Source of the DNA: Lama guanicoe
Taxonomy: Eukaryota
DNA length: 64,000 nt
Direction of reading: 5' to 3'
NCBI GenBank assembly: GCA_013239625.1
Contig: MU053994.1
Span: 1,119,775-1,183,774 of the forward strand
This document shows positions 13,715 through 27,589 of the stretch, one piece after another (the stretch's first letter is position 1; each line of letters starts with the position of its first letter). The translations under genes were made by a program, and so were the position numbers. The notes below the pieces were generated by a model. The model saw only the letters and a list, made by a program, of their open reading frames with translations. It was not told where the DNA came from and made no database searches.

Positions 13715-14220
13715 CTTTTTGTAAATTGTGAAATATAACAAATTCAGAGAAGTGTATAAATCATCAGAATAGCTAAGGGAATTATTATAAGGCAAACACC
13801 TGTCAAACCATCACCCAGGTCAGGAAACAGAAAGTTGCCTCAGAGGCCTCGCCTCATGTGTCCTTCTAGTCACTATATCACACCCTTAAGGGTAACCACT
13901 AATTTGGCTTTTATGATACTAATACCACTGCTTTTTAAAATAATTTTACCACCTAGGCATGCACTTCTTAAACATAGTTTAATTTTGCTTGTTCTGTGAA
14001 CTTGATATAAACGCAATAATGTAGTATACATTCTTCTGTGTGTCTGGCTTCTTACATTCAGGGTTGCGTTTGTGAGGTTCATTCATTTTCATTACTCTAG
14101 AGTATGCGTTTGTGTGAATATGTCATATTTATCCATCCTACTGTTGATTGACATTTGGAAGGTTTCTATTTTGGGGCTATCATGAATAGTGCCACTAGGA
14201 ACCTTCCTGTACCTGTCTCT
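13715..14220 (-). mobile_element. L1ME/L1MB-type LINE-1 3' end
   Basis: tctgtgtgtctggcttctt...ttgtgaggttcattcat...ccatcctactgttgattgacatttgg...ggggctatcatgaatagtgc. Confidence 0.8.
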
Positions 14221-17200
14221 TGATGCACACACCATCTCATAATGTTTGCAGCATCACAACAACACGTAAAGATGAAAGAGCCCACATAGAGACTAGTGAC
14301 AAAGAAACTTCTTTGAAAAACAGGAAACTAGTTAGGCAACTCCTAACTCGTCTCAAGGATCTGACTCAGGATGATGTCTCCCTTGTCAAAAACTCACCAG
14401 GCAGAAAGTCTTTGGTTTCCCATATTCAAGCCAAAGGAGGAATATTTTCTTTTCTTTTCACATTGGATTGTAGGAGCAAGAAATTGGATTTATTGTAATC
14501 CTTGGTCCACAAAGGATTCTATTATTGGTCCATTCATGGTCTACTTCAATTAATTTTTTATTGTTTATTTGGTTAGTTTGAAAAATGTAATAATCACTTG
14601 CAAATCCACAGCCCCAAACAAAACCAAGACCTTGGTGATAACAACAGCTAACTCTGTGTTTCCCCCATCATTCCATCCTTTGGCTTCTCCCTACTTGGAG
14701 TAAAGGTATTTTTGAACATTACGTAAAAGTCTCAAAAAGAACTATTGACCCCAAGTAAGTGTCCATTTGTGCTAGGCAAGTAGAAAAGAATATTGATTTC
14801 CTTCTCTTTATGTCCTGCTATTTCCAGGGAGATAGATAAATGATAAAACAATAAGTTGTGTGAATCACGTGAACACACGTTCTTTCAGGACAAAGCAATT
14901 GCAAGGGCTCCGCAGTATTTTTTTTTTCATATGTAACTACTCACTCCTTTTAGAAAGGTTTCTAGCAGAAATATAGCTTATGGCACAACAGACTTACAGA
15001 TAAGTCAGATCTGAGAAACCTATTCTTTGATGATACAACTGAACAATGCCATGAAGTTTAAATTCTGTTTTATATGTTTTGCCACCAAATTGCTTGGTTT
15101 TCAGTTTAACCATGAATATACACCTCTGGTGGACTGAGGAATGCCAGGACAGAGTAAAGGAATCTGAACATCACCGTTTTGAGAAAAGAATGATAAATCC
15201 AGTATTACAAAGTTACAGTAGATGGTGCTAGATGGGTGCAAAAGATCCAACAGCCATTTGGGGCCACCTTCAAGATTTCTCCTGAGCTTAGCAGTTTAGA
15301 AAATGTGCAATTTAGATTTATCAATTCAGGAGAGGCACTCAGATAAAACAGTTGAATTAGTGAGATCAATGAATGCAGAACCCTATAATTAGACAAATGT
15401 TAAGGTTTTTATGGAAATCAACAACGAAGACGACTTTAAAGCTAAGGTCAAATCGTCTATCTTTCTGGGGTATCGGTGCCAATGCTAAATTACTAAAAGA
15501 ATGATTTTCTATTCATTTAAAATAATGTCATCTGTAAAGTTAATTTCTGTAAAGTTAATTTTTAAGCTAAGTTGCTCTTAGTATTAGTTATCTGCACACT
15601 ACGTAGGTTGGTTTTGAGATTTAAATGTCCTATATAATGTATCCAAGGTGATTTACAAATCATAACCTAGTATAAATTATTCTATAGATGTAAATGATTT
15701 TTATTATTATTTACTTAAAAGTGCTTTTTTAAAGAACTATTTGTGTTCGTTACTTTTTACGGCCACTTTGTGCTTGGTATTCTTCCTCTTACTCTTTCAG
15801 CTTTTTAGATGAAACAGCTGAGACATAGGATAATGAAGTGAATAACTTTGAACGTGTCTTTTTTCCCCTTGCAGCCGCAGTGAAAAATGACTCTCAGATC
15901 AATGAGCTGGAGATCAGGCAAGCACCAGTTCTTAATGAGAGGGTGATCTAGGGTTAAGGAGAGAGGTTCCAAACCATCTCACTGGGCGCACCTCTGTAAC
16001 GGATGCTTCTTTCCCATCATCTGCCGAGTGCTCAGTGGATGCACTGGTCCTTGGCTTCCCTGGAGAAAGGAGCAACACAACGGCGCTAACCGTACTCAGA
16101 ATGTGACTTATCTCAGAATCTGTCAGTGACTGCAGGAGAAGGTCGGATCTAGCGGAAGTCACCCCTTGTCTCTCCCCAGAGCCGCGTTCAGTCTAGGTTC
16201 GTTTATCGGACAGGGTGTGGAGGAAATTCCTTTTCTGAAAGGTAACCCATATTCTCTAGCATTCAGTGATATATCCAGCCTAAAATACTCTCTTAAATGC
16301 GTATTTGCAAATCCTTAGAACGCCAAAGGCTTTTTCAGAGTCTAGGGGGGTCATAATTTTAAATGAACTCTCTCTCTCTCTATGAATCGTGGACTATTGA
16401 TTGAATGTGTAAGGTATGGCTCTAATACATCCATCTGCCTTATCTAAACAGAAAATAAGATGTTCTATGGGCAGGAATACTACCTAAAGTGATAGGGTTT
16501 GGGGAGTGTTTTGCTTTTTATAGAACCTAGAGCCTCAATGCTTAAATAAATATAATATTAGTATTAAATAATGATAGTAATATAGATAGTTCCTTTATGT
16601 ATTTTCCAATATGTGTTTAGGGTTTATTGACCCTAGAAGACTGTGCCTGGTCCTTGCTGGGATCAGTAGTCACAGAAGTCATGGTGAAGATGGCTTATTT
16701 AATCACACTGACAGTATATCCAGAAACTAATATGCAATAGGCCTGTCCGGTAAAAAGGAGGAGAAAATCCATATTTTTAAATGTCATAGAAGCTATTCCT
16801 GCAGTTGCCCAGCAGCCGACTTTCAAATGTTAATAATTAGGCTGTGGGCCAGGTCTCTTGCTCAGCAGCTAATGCACTGTGTCTGCTGCACAGGGCAGAC
16901 CTCAGTCTGACGCTCCCTGGAAGCTCTCCTATCTTCCAGCCGGAGCGGGGAGCATTGTGGAGGTGACACCGGGCACCTTTGGAGGAGAGAGCTGCGTGAT
17001 GTATCACCATTCACCAGCCGACGCCAGAGACTTGTTTAGAGCCAGATCACAGTCTCAGCTGAGCCTCTCATTTCTGCTGGTCACAGGGTTACAGAACGCT
17101 TTACAACTTGAGCTACAGGAAGGCAGGGAGGGATTTAAATGCTAGACTGGAAGGGCCCCTCCATAAACCTCAGCCAGATCAGCCCTAACTCACAAGAAGT

Positions 17201-18859
17201 TTCTGCTTCCTCTGCCTTCGCGACAGCCAGATCAACACTCACGGAAAAATGTAAACGTGAAACATGGAACGGAATCTGAGTCGCCCATATTTCACCTGAT
17301 CACAAATTTAACAGACAGCCGGGGAAGCCTCTGAAATTCTGGCATGAAAATGGCTCTTTCTCAGAATTGAGGTATCTTTACTACAGATCTCTATGGAGCA
17401 CCTACTAGCACTAATGGGAGAACAACCCTAATAAGGTCAACAAAAATGTTCTTGTAATAGTGTTCACTAACAGCGCTGCTCAATGACTGTTTAAAATCGC
17501 TCCTGCTACAATCTCTCCCATGAATGAAATAATTTGTTTTATTTTTAACCATTGCTTGGAATTCTATGATTTCCCCTATGCTCCCTACCCTTAAGACATG
17601 ATCTAACATGATTATTTTTATTATTTTAAATTTACAATTTCTGGGGATGGTCTTGGTGGGTTTTGAAAGTTCACCCATCACAGCGATGAATGAGATAATA
17701 TTCCTTTCTTGAAGTTCTTATCAGTATTACCATCCAAGGGCCCATCAGCTTCCCCACTTCAGAACTTCAGCCCCTTGTTTCCCTCCTCCCCTCTGCTTCC
17801 CATGTACGATTTACTACAAAGCCCAGTTGTTTGTTTTCTTTCCTGCACAATATCTCTAATATCTATCAGTTAATTCACTAGATACGTATTAAGTGACAGG
17901 AACAATGCTACAAATGGGGGTTCTGTGTTAGAGCTGGGCCTGGGATCTACTTATTTTCATAGTCATTATCCTGGACCAAGTCTGTGATGGATAAAAGATG
18001 GCCACTCATTCCTTGCCAGTTCTCCCATTGAGACGTTTTATATATCTAATGAGACTGTAAGTCTTTTAAAGGATAGACTTTATGTTCTCTGCATGGACTG
18101 AATAGGTGACACACCCCAAGTAACATCTGTTAACCCACAAGGAATATTCCTGTCAATCAGAAGTTGACAGAATCTCGTTCAGTGTTGATGTGACATCTGA
18201 GGTCTTCCAAAAAGTCTGAAAAGACTTTTCTCTCCAGAATCAGAAACTTTGTACTGTATTGTCTTAATTTTGATAAAGTTCCCTTGAAAGAGCTCATTAT
18301 AACTGATGACGCTTAATGAAATTTGTGGGGTTTTTTTTCTTACAACAGAAAGAAGTATCAGATATTCCCAAGGATTTTCTAGTGGATTTCAAGAGATCAG
18401 ATCTGTATAGCTTTTAAAGGGGCCCTATAAGTGGTTTGAATCTGCCACATCAGTTTCACTGGGAAGTGATAATTCATGTCCTTAAATTGAAGCCTTGATT
18501 TTCAGCTATCAATAAACCATTTGAACTCTACAAGCGCTTGGCAGTCATTCTGGGTAGAACCTAACTAACTTAATTTGAAATTTAGTGTAGTTGGCAAAAA
18601 GCTATTAAGAGAAAGTTTGATGTGTCAAAGCATGGTAATTTTAAAACTACATAAATATGCTGTACAAACAAAAATAACTACCTTCACTTGTTCCGAGAAT
18701 TCTTATTTCTTCAGGAATTGCTTTGGGCCCTCACCCACCACCCAGTGGAGTAAAACAAAGCAAGTAAAAGGATGAGTGACATTCATTTGCTTTTCAAAGC
18801 CATAAGCAATGTTGGCCCTAGTTATTATGTGTGCCTTATATTTACAGACATTTAATAAA

Positions 18860-20170
18860 AACAAACAATTCAATGAGTATGTATTGAGCACTTAACCATG
18901 TAGAAGCTCTGTGCAAGAACTGGTTTTTCCATAGTCTACTGGGAAGAGGGGGAGAAACATACATAAATAACCAGAAAACACTGCGTGATATAAATTGCAA
19001 AAGTGAAATATAGAAATACAAGCACAATGCTTTGGAAATACCATGGTGAAGTGATTAATTTCACTTGGGGGAAGGTGTGGATGGGGGTAGGAATCAGTAA
19101 AGGAGTTCTGGAGAGATTACTTTTCTTCTAGGGATTGAGGAAAAATTCCCACCAACTTGGAGGGAAGAGATGGAAGGGGAGGGCAAAGAGGGAAGAGTAA
19201 TTTCAGTTGAGGGAACTGCATGAACATCATGCAGTGTGGTACCTCTGGGGAACGGAAAGGGCTGGTTCCACTGTGGCTGCTACTCAGGGCACAAGGTGGG
19301 TGGGGGGGAAATAAGTTTGGAAAAGTAGATAGTGGTGGGCTTTAGGAGACCTCCTAGGGCATTTTGCAGGCAATGGAAAGCCACAGAGGTTTTTGAGCAG
19401 GGAGTGACATGACTACCAAATGTATTTGTATTAAATATGTTGTCAATAAAACGACTGAAGTAACCCAAATGTTCAATACAGAGAATGATTGGAAAAAGAA
19501 TAGTTCATCCCCACAATGGAATATTAAGACACCATAAAAAGGAATGAGGATGATTTCTATACATAAAACATCTCCAGAATTTGTCATGAAGGAATAAAGA
19601 GATCAAGCAGTATATTTAGCATGCTATCTTATATTTTAAAAAGGAGAAAATATGACTAAACACATCTACAAAGACACATTTTTGTTGTACTTGCCAAAAA
19701 ATAAATCATTGGAAAGACAAATGAGAAGCTAGCAAAAGTATTTACCTATAAAGAAGAGGGAAGAAGCAGGGTGGAGAAGACCGTAATTCAAGTGAAGCTT
19801 TCTGAACATAACTTGTTATATTATTTTGACTTTGGAGATGGAGATATCTTTTAGATAATTAAAAACAATTTAAAAAGGAGACAAGTTGGCGGCAAATTTA
19901 GCAGAGTCTGGAAGCATGGATGCCACTTAAGAGGATATTGCAAGAATTCAGTCAAGATACGATGAGGGTCCTGAGGTACATCACTGGGGGCGGCAGGAGG
20001 TGGGGAAGAGGCACAGACACTGGTGGTGGCAAAGGCATCACCTCTGAATGCTGCTTCTCCATGTCTATTGGAAGTGTCTGTCTGATTGAGGACAATTCAT
20101 GCAACTTTAGAGTTTACCCCTGGGGACAAGAGAGAGCGATGGGAGAGCCACCACCGTTGCGTGTAGGAAG
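18860..20170. mobile_element. L2 (minus) interrupted by an L1MC/ME 3' fragment (plus, ~19430-19875)
   Basis: L2 tattgagcactt...caatggaaagccacagaggtttttgagcagggagtgacatga; L1 cccaaatgttcaata...cacaatggaatatta; L2-like sequence resumes near 19880. Confidence 0.7.
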
Positions 20171-20977
20171 TAGTCTAGAAAGTGAAATTTGCATCTTAGT
20201 AATATTGATTAATCCTTACTTGCTCAGCCCACACTAGCCAGGAAGGTGGACGGATGAGGGTGTGGGTAAAATGACCGTGGTGACAAAGATACCTTTTGTG
20301 CTGAGCCCCCTGAACTTCATAGGCTTCCTAAAACCTCAATGGCCTTTCACTTCTCCTAGAATGATTCCAAGCCACTCAATTAGGTAGCAATGAAAGTTAT
20401 CCCCTCACCTTAGCTGCTCAAGTTTTCCTGCTGCCATCACAGGTGCTGTCACTGGTTATGCTGGGTCTTTGTTTTGTCCACCTAGAGCACTCATCACGAG
20501 CCGATCCTGCCACTGGCACGGACACTGGTCACTACCCACTTTGATGCCACTGCTCCCAAGGCTGCTCTGTTGACCCCACTGAGGTGGTCTTGTTCTGATG
20601 CCTCCAGCCTCTTTCAGTGCAGAAGTTTCCTGAGGCTGGGGAAGGGAACACCTGAGAAGCATCCCCCAGACCTGGGCTAACAACCACCAACTGATCTTGA
20701 CTATCTGCAGAGGCAAAGGGCCTGCTGGACTCCGAGGGGCTGGGGGAGCCCTGTCTTCTTTACACTGAGGAGTTTTAATCCTGGGGCCCGTATGTTAGCT
20801 AATTTCAATTGCGGTAATTTCAATGAGGCCACTTTGAGGAACTGTCAAAATCAAGTGTATTTGCCTTAAATTGGGTGGTGGGAAATATTTTTATTCATTG
20901 TATCATGATTCTTTATAGTTGACATATAGCTTATAATTATTCCTTTGTATCTATTCAATATTTAATCAATTTTTTCA

Positions 20978-21138
20978 CTTTTTATTGAAGTATAGTCAAT
21001 TTACAATGTTGTGTTAGTTTCTAATGTACAGCATAGTGATTCAGTTATACATATATATTCCTTTTCATATTCTTTTTCATTATATGTTATTATAAGATAT
21101 TGAATATAGTTCCCTGTGCTATATAGTAGGACCTTGTT
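20978..21138 (-). mobile_element. Comparatively young LINE-1 3' end (laurasiatherian type)
   Basis: ttttattgaagtatagtcaatttacaatgttgtgttagtttct...tacagcatagtgattcagttatacata...ttgaatatagttccctgtgctatatagtaggaccttgtt. Confidence 0.8.
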
Positions 21139-21189
21139 ATTAATTAGTGTTTAAAAGAACATTCTATTGATAACTCAGGAGAGTTTTGA

Positions 21190-21432
21190 GGTTTTCTTCC
21201 CCTGGATTCAGGTCACAGCTCCAACACTTACCAACTGTGTGACTTTGAGCAAGTTACTTAACCTCTCTAAAGCCTTGATTTCCTTATCTGTGAAATGGGA
21301 ATATCACAGTACCTCTCAGATGGTTGCGAGGATTAAAGGAGAAAATACATGTAAAGTGCTTAGCCAAGTAGTAGGATGTTTACCAAGCACAGTGAAACTT
21401 GGGTACATAGTAAGTGCTTATTAATATTCACT
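21190..21432 (+). mobile_element. MIR SINE with an internal insertion
   Basis: ctgtgtgactttgagcaagttacttaacctctct...tctgtgaaatggg...gtaaagtgcttag...acatagtaagtgct. Confidence 0.9.
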
Positions 21433-22794
21433 ATAACATCAAATATAATGATGATGGGAACTGCTAGCACGGGAACATGCTTATAAGAAAATGTGGAGGG
21501 GGAGAAGAAGTCTAAAAGACTCTAATTGCCTTAAAATTACATATATATGTATACATACTTACAGAAGTATATCTGTAATATAATATATAAAGATAATGTT
21601 ACACTATTATGCATAGAAATAATACTGCAATAAAATAAGACAAAATGTTATCAGTGGTACCTGTTAGGAAGCATGATGAAAGGTGTTTTTCTTTTCTTTT
21701 TTATACTTCTCTATATTTTCCAATTCTCTACCACTGAATGCAGTTACTTTAATAATTTGAAAAAGAACAATAGATGTTATCTTAAAAGGATAAAAAAAGA
21801 GGTGAGAATGACTGAGGCATCCTAGATTTGGGGAGCCAGAAGTGAGATGACACTGGAGAACTAAGCAGAAGGCAGGCGACATAGGGCCTTGTAAGCTCAG
21901 GGCTTTGAGACTCTTCCTTTGAATGGCAGTTGAGAGGCCAGTTAAAGGCTCTAACCATAGGAGGGGTAGGGCCAAGTCTGGCTTTCTAACAGCTCGTGCT
22001 AGATTCAGAGTTTCCAACAAAAGATGGTGAAGTGTAAAGGTATATTTGTTACACTCTTTTGCTCCAAGCTCACAGATTTGAATGAAGGAAAACAAAATAA
22101 AATTCCATCCACACTGAAACTAAGAAATGGCAACTATGCCCCAAGCACTGAAGGATTTTTACCAAGCACAGTGAAACGTGGGCAAAGTTATGGGCCAATT
22201 CGGGGAGAAGCTAACAAATAACTCTCCAGATCTCCAGCAGGGTGTGAACATCCCTGCACATAGGTGAGAGGGTGTTGAGGCCGCGACAGGCAAACTTTTA
22301 GATGTGCTGTTGAGAATGGGCTGTGGGAGTTAGTGTGCCATGGCGGAACGGAGACCATCACTGTGTAGACTTATTTCCACCCTGAAGAACTACAGGGGAA
22401 GACAAGACACTGTGGATATGCCATTTTTGTTTTTCCCAGCACAGATAAACTTTCTCTAGATGAGGCAGGGGTAACGCTAGCTTGCCAGAAGGCAGCTGGT
22501 AGCCAGAGTTGGACAGCAAAGAAAAGCCAGACCAACCCAAGCCAAACCAAATCAAAGCAAGACAAAAAATGTAAGTCCATGAGAGAAGAAAACTGCAATG
22601 AGCTGAAACGTTAAACCAACTAATCTCCCCAGTAAACAATACCTTCCCCTGAAGGGGTGTGCGAAGGGCTGATGAAGACAGGTCACCCCGTGGAAGAGAT
22701 ATAGATTTGGACGCAGTTTTCTAAGCCATCATACCTGATTTACAGCTGCAGGCTGCCACAGCATACTATCATCTTCCTCACCAGGGTTCCTTCT

Positions 22795-23850
22795 GTTTGT
22801 TTGTTGGAAGTCAAATTTACCTACAATAAAAGGCACAAATCTTAAGTTCACAATTCACTGAGTTCCAGCAAATGTATACACCTCTGTAATTACCATCCTG
22901 ATCAAGGACAAAATAGAACATTTCCATCACCCAAGAAAGCTCTGGTGCCCCCTTGCAGTCAACCTAACTCCTCTTCTCCCCTCCCCTGACCATAAACAAT
23001 CACTGTTGTGATTTCTATCACCATAGATTAGTTTTGTCTATCATTGAACTTCGTTGTCAGTGTAGTCATAGAGTATGTACTCCTTTGTGTTTGGCTTCTT
23101 TTGTTTAACATAATGCCTTTAAGATTCATCCACATTGTTCCACGTATAAGCAAGTCATTTATTTTTTATTGCTGACTAGTATTCCACTGTACAATTATAC
23201 CACATTTATTTATCCAATCTTCAGTTAAGAGATATTTGTATGATTTCCAGTTTGGGGTTATTATGAATAAAAGTGCTATAAACATTCTTGTACAAGCCTT
23301 TTTGTACATAAACATAAGTTTTTATTTCTTTGAATGAACTGGAGTAGAATTAATGGTCATAGTACAGGCGTATGTTTCACATTACAAGAAATGGACAGTT
23401 TTCCAAAGTGGTTGTACTATTTTGTACTCCAGCTGCAGTGCTGAATTTCAGTTACTCCACATCACCAAAATTTAGTGTTATCAGACTTCTAAATTTGAGC
23501 TACTTTAGTGAGTGTGAAGTATCATATTGTGGTTTTAATTTGCATTTCTCTGATGACTGAGACATTGAATACCTTTTCATATGCTTATTGGCCTTCATAT
23601 AATTTCTTTGGTAAAGTGTCTTTGCAAGTATTTTATGCATTTTAAAACTGGACTGCTTATTACTTTATTATTGAAGGCATTCTTTCTGAATTCTGGATAT
23701 AAACCCCTTGTGAGACATCTGCATTATGAATATTTTCTTCTAGACCAAAGCTTGCCTTTTCATTTTCTTAACTGACTTTGGATGAGTAGAACTTTTTACT
23801 TTTGATGAAGCCCAGTTTATAATTTTTAATGGTTAGTTTCCTTTGTGTCC
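22795..23850 (-). mobile_element. L1MB/L1M LINE-1 3' region
   Basis: agaacatttccatcaccc...ttccagtttggggttattatgaataa...ttccaaagtggttgtac...ggttttaatttgcatttctctgatgact. Confidence 0.88.
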
Positions 23851-23854
23851 TGAG

Positions 23855-24672
23855 GAGGGTTACTGCAGAATCAGGCTCTCCACTGAGGGGCTACTGGATT
23901 CCATGATCATCTCTCTCTTTTGGAATGGGAATGTCTATCCTATGTCCATCTCATCACTGTATTTTGAGAAGCAGATAACTTATTTTCTAGTTTTACCAGT
24001 CCACAGATGTAGAAGTCAGACCTGGGAAGGATCATATCCAAATCCTCACCCATACCTGATTTTGATGATTTACATGATGAGACTTTGAACTTTTGAGTTG
24101 GTGATATTTATATGAGATTTTTGGATTCAGAGTCAATGCTGGAATGAGTTAAGACTTTGGGGGATGTAATCTGCACATGAGATTGATGTGATTTTGGGGA
24201 GAGGTAGGTGCAGCCAGAGGGCAGACTGTACTGGATTGAATAGTGTCCCTGAAAAATTCATGTCCACCCAGAACCTCAGAATGCGACTTTACTGAAGAAA
24301 TATGGTCTTTGCAGATGTAATTAGTTAAGTTAATATGAGATCATAATGGATTTATAGTGGGCCTTAAATCCAGTGACTGGTGTCCTTAAAAGAAGGCCAT
24401 GGGAAGACACACAGGGAAGAAGGCCAGGTGATGATGGAGGCAGAGACTGAAGTCATGTGTCTCCAAGCTGAGGAAAGCCAAGGATTGCCAGCGACCACCA
24501 GAAGCTAGGAGAGAGGCAGGAGACCAGTTCTCCCTCAGAGTGTCCAGAAAAAAAAACAAACAGCCTTGCTAATACCTTGATTTCAGATGCTTAGAATTGT
24601 TAGTAAATTTCTGTTGCTTGAAACCATCAAGTTTGTGGTACCTTGTTCCAGCAGCCCTAGGAAATGAATGCG
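23855..24672 (+). mobile_element. MLT1 internal 3' segment plus 3' LTR (MLT1B/C-like; LTR 24227-24672)
   Basis: atgctggaatgagttaagactttggggga...ccagagggcagac junction, then tgtactggattgaatagtgtccc...ctttgcagatgtaattagttaag...cagccctaggaaa. Confidence 0.82.
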
Positions 24673-24974
24673 GTGCTCCAGCTGAGCCCCTCCTTCAGTT
24701 CTAGTTAACTCAAGTGGGTTTTCTTCTATTAAATAACAGTTGTTGGGGCTCCAGTCACATGTCCTTTACCTGTGACTTCTCATTTATCTCTCTCCTTTTT
24801 CAATTTTGTAGAGGTATAATTGAAATGCCCTATTTCATTTCTCTTTTGCATGCACTGAGAGTTTGGGGGAAGCTCCAGGCAGTGTCAAGAGATGATCCAC
24901 CTCCCCGCTCAGCTTCCTTATGATCACACGGGCTTAGCTAGCATAGCAGTCTCTCTAGAACCATTTAATTCAAT

Positions 24975-25760
24975 AAATATTTAAACAGTAAAAACAGCCT
25001 CAAACAAAACTTTTGCATGACAAAGGATACCATAAACAAAGTGAATAAACAAAGACCTGGAAAGATATTGTAACATGTAAGATAATCAAGGGCATACTTT
25101 CTATAATAAACAAAGCTCTTATAAATTGACAAGAAAATGAAAAACAACTCAATAGAAAACTGAGGAAAGGGTATAAACAGACTAGTATCAGAAGTGCCAA
25201 CTCAAATGGCAAAGTCATATGAAAAAATGCTCAAATTCATGAGCAGTTAAAGAAATGAAAAATGAAGCAATGGCCACTTTATACACAAAAAACTGGCGAA
25301 GGTTAATAAAGAACAATGCCACCACTTCTTATTGGCAATATAGGGAAGAATGACATAAATTGTTGAAGCACTGCAGCCTAACTAAAAAAGTAACCTGGAA
25401 ATTTATATTAAAATTAACAATATAAATATCTTTTGACCCAGGAAATCCATTCCTGGGAAACTACCCCAAAGAGATTTTTTTCTGTACTGTTCAAAATGAG
25501 TGACCAAAAAAGTAAATAAATAAAAAAGGAAGCAAACAATACTCATCAGGAGAGAAATGGATAAATAATTTTAGTAGATTTCCAAGATGGAACAATATGC
25601 TGCATTTAAAAACTGAATCAGAGATAAATAAGATGACCTAGAGGCATTTCCATAAGGTGTCAATGAATAAAGGAAGATGCAAACAAATTTCGTAATATGA
25701 TCCAAGTTTTGTAAAGCACATACTCACCAGATGAAGGCATATGTTTGTTTATCATACTTG
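24975..25760 (+). mobile_element. Old L1M LINE-1 fragment (ORF2 end and 3' UTR)
   Basis: caaaacttttgcatgacaaaggataccataaacaaagtgaa...atatgaaaaaatgctca...ttttgacccagga. Confidence 0.75.
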
Positions 25761-25774
25761 TCTATGAAATAAAT

Positions 25775-26250
25775 CACATTATTTTGTGCCCAATTTTGTG
25801 CTCCTACCTGTACCCATGCACTTCCCATGTAACTTCATAGTTTCTTCCCCAAGAGATGAAATAGATTTCCCTGCCCATTGATTATGACTTTAGCCAATGG
25901 GATGTTAGCTGATGTGACACAAGCAGACACTTGAAAAAGTGTTTGGGTGGTTAGACTTGCCTGCCTATATTTCTACTGTCTCCACGGAAGGATATTCTTG
26001 GGCGAGCCTCCTCCTGATCCCAGGAGGAGGATGAGGGATACTTGAAACTGAGCAACTTTAGCAAAGATAAAAGCTACTTCAGACAAACCCAATCTGGAGC
26101 AGAGCCCCTAGCTGATCCTGAGATGTATGAGCAAACCTAGTCAAGAGTGACCAAATCCCAATCTCATGATTTATGAACTATAATATTATGTAATTGCCAT
26201 ATTAAATTACTGAGTTTTGGGGTAGTTCGTTATACAGAGTAGCTAATCAG
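25775..26250 (+). mobile_element. Old MLT1 LTR (H/J/K-like)
   Basis: tgactttagccaatgggatgttagctgatgtgacacaagcaga...actgagttttggggtagttcgttatacag. Confidence 0.65.
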
Positions 26251-26520
26251 TGCTGTGTGTGTGTGCGTGTGTGTGCGTTTATCTGTGTATATACATTCTG
26301 TCTGCATAGGATTAGATGTCTGTGTATAAAATAAAAGTATCTGTAATAGGCTAACCTGGATTATGGGAGTAGTAGGATGTAGGTTGATATCGAAAGAGAG
26401 GAAGAGAGAAGACTCAAGCAAAAAGTAAAATATAAAGAAATATATGCATAAATAAAAGGATTACTCTAACACAAAAATACATGTATATTATTCCATTTAT
26501 CTATACACACACACGTACTG

Positions 26521-26971
26521 GGTAGTGGGTTAGATAGTGCCCCTCCCCAGAGTTTTGTCCACTCTGTAGTATCTTAGGATGTGGCTTTATTTGGATAAGG
26601 GTCTTTGCAGGTCTAATTAAGGTAAGGATCTGTAGATGATGTCACCCTGGATTAGGGTGGACCCTAAATCTAATGACTGGTGTCCTTACAAGAGACAGCA
26701 AAGCACAAGTCATAGAAACAGACAGGAAGGCCACATGAAGACAGAAGCAGAGATAAGAGTAATGCACAGACAAGCCAAAGACTGCCGGCAGCCAGTAGAC
26801 ACCACGAGAGAAGCACGGAACAGATTCACTCTCAGAGACTCCAGAAGGAAGCAACCCTGCTGACACCTTGATTTTGGACTTCTGGCCTCAAGGACAGTGA
26901 AAGAATACATTTCTGTTTTAAAATACCAAGTTTGTGGTACTTTGTTGTGGCAGCCACAGGAAACTAATACA
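26521..26971 (+). mobile_element. MLT1B/C-like solo LTR with perfect 5-bp TSD
   Basis: ggtagtgggtt...ggattagggtggaccctaaatctaatgactggtgtcctt...aggaaactaataca; TACTG at both 26516-26520 and 26972-26976. Confidence 0.88.
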
Positions 26972-27589
26972 TACTGTATCAATGGTGTTCATCAGTCAGG
27001 ATGGTGTTCAGCTGCCTGTGCCGTAAAACTGACCACATCCAGTTTCTTATAGATTTCATGCTTTATTATAGAGATATATGGTTATCTTCCTAAATGGATA
27101 CTGCATTGGAGGAACCAAGCTGCTTTCCAGTGCTAAGAAGGGAGGAAGGGCAAATAGAAAAAGGCAAAAGGCACATGCCAGTGCGGTCTGTCCTCTTTTT
27201 AAAAAGTTTTTTCCTGAGAGCCACTGAGAAATTTCCTTTTTCACGTTATTGGCCAGACCTGACCTCTCCTAGCTGCAAGGGGGCATAAAATGCAATCATA
27301 TCCTGGAGATATTTTGCAGTTGGAGCCAGTGTGATTTATTGATGGGTTCGATGTGAAGTTAGGAGAGAGGTAAAGAAGTAAAAAATACACAACTGGAAAA
27401 ATGAAACTGCTTTCAATTAAGAAGAAGTGTACAATTATAAATAAGTTACATGTTTTTAAAGAGGAAAAGGGCTCAAGGAATAGATAGTAAGGGATGACAA
27501 GATGCTGAGTAAGAGATATAAAATGTTCAGGCAGGACTTAGGAAATATGGATAATAACAAAACACTTACAGAAATAACAACTACATTTG

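Noticed and set aside
15530..15560. Short tandem duplications (TCTGTAAAGTTAATT x2; also ~3593-3620 and ~54842-54868)
   Set aside because: Ordinary slippage duplications without unique spacers; not an array or CRISPR-like structure.
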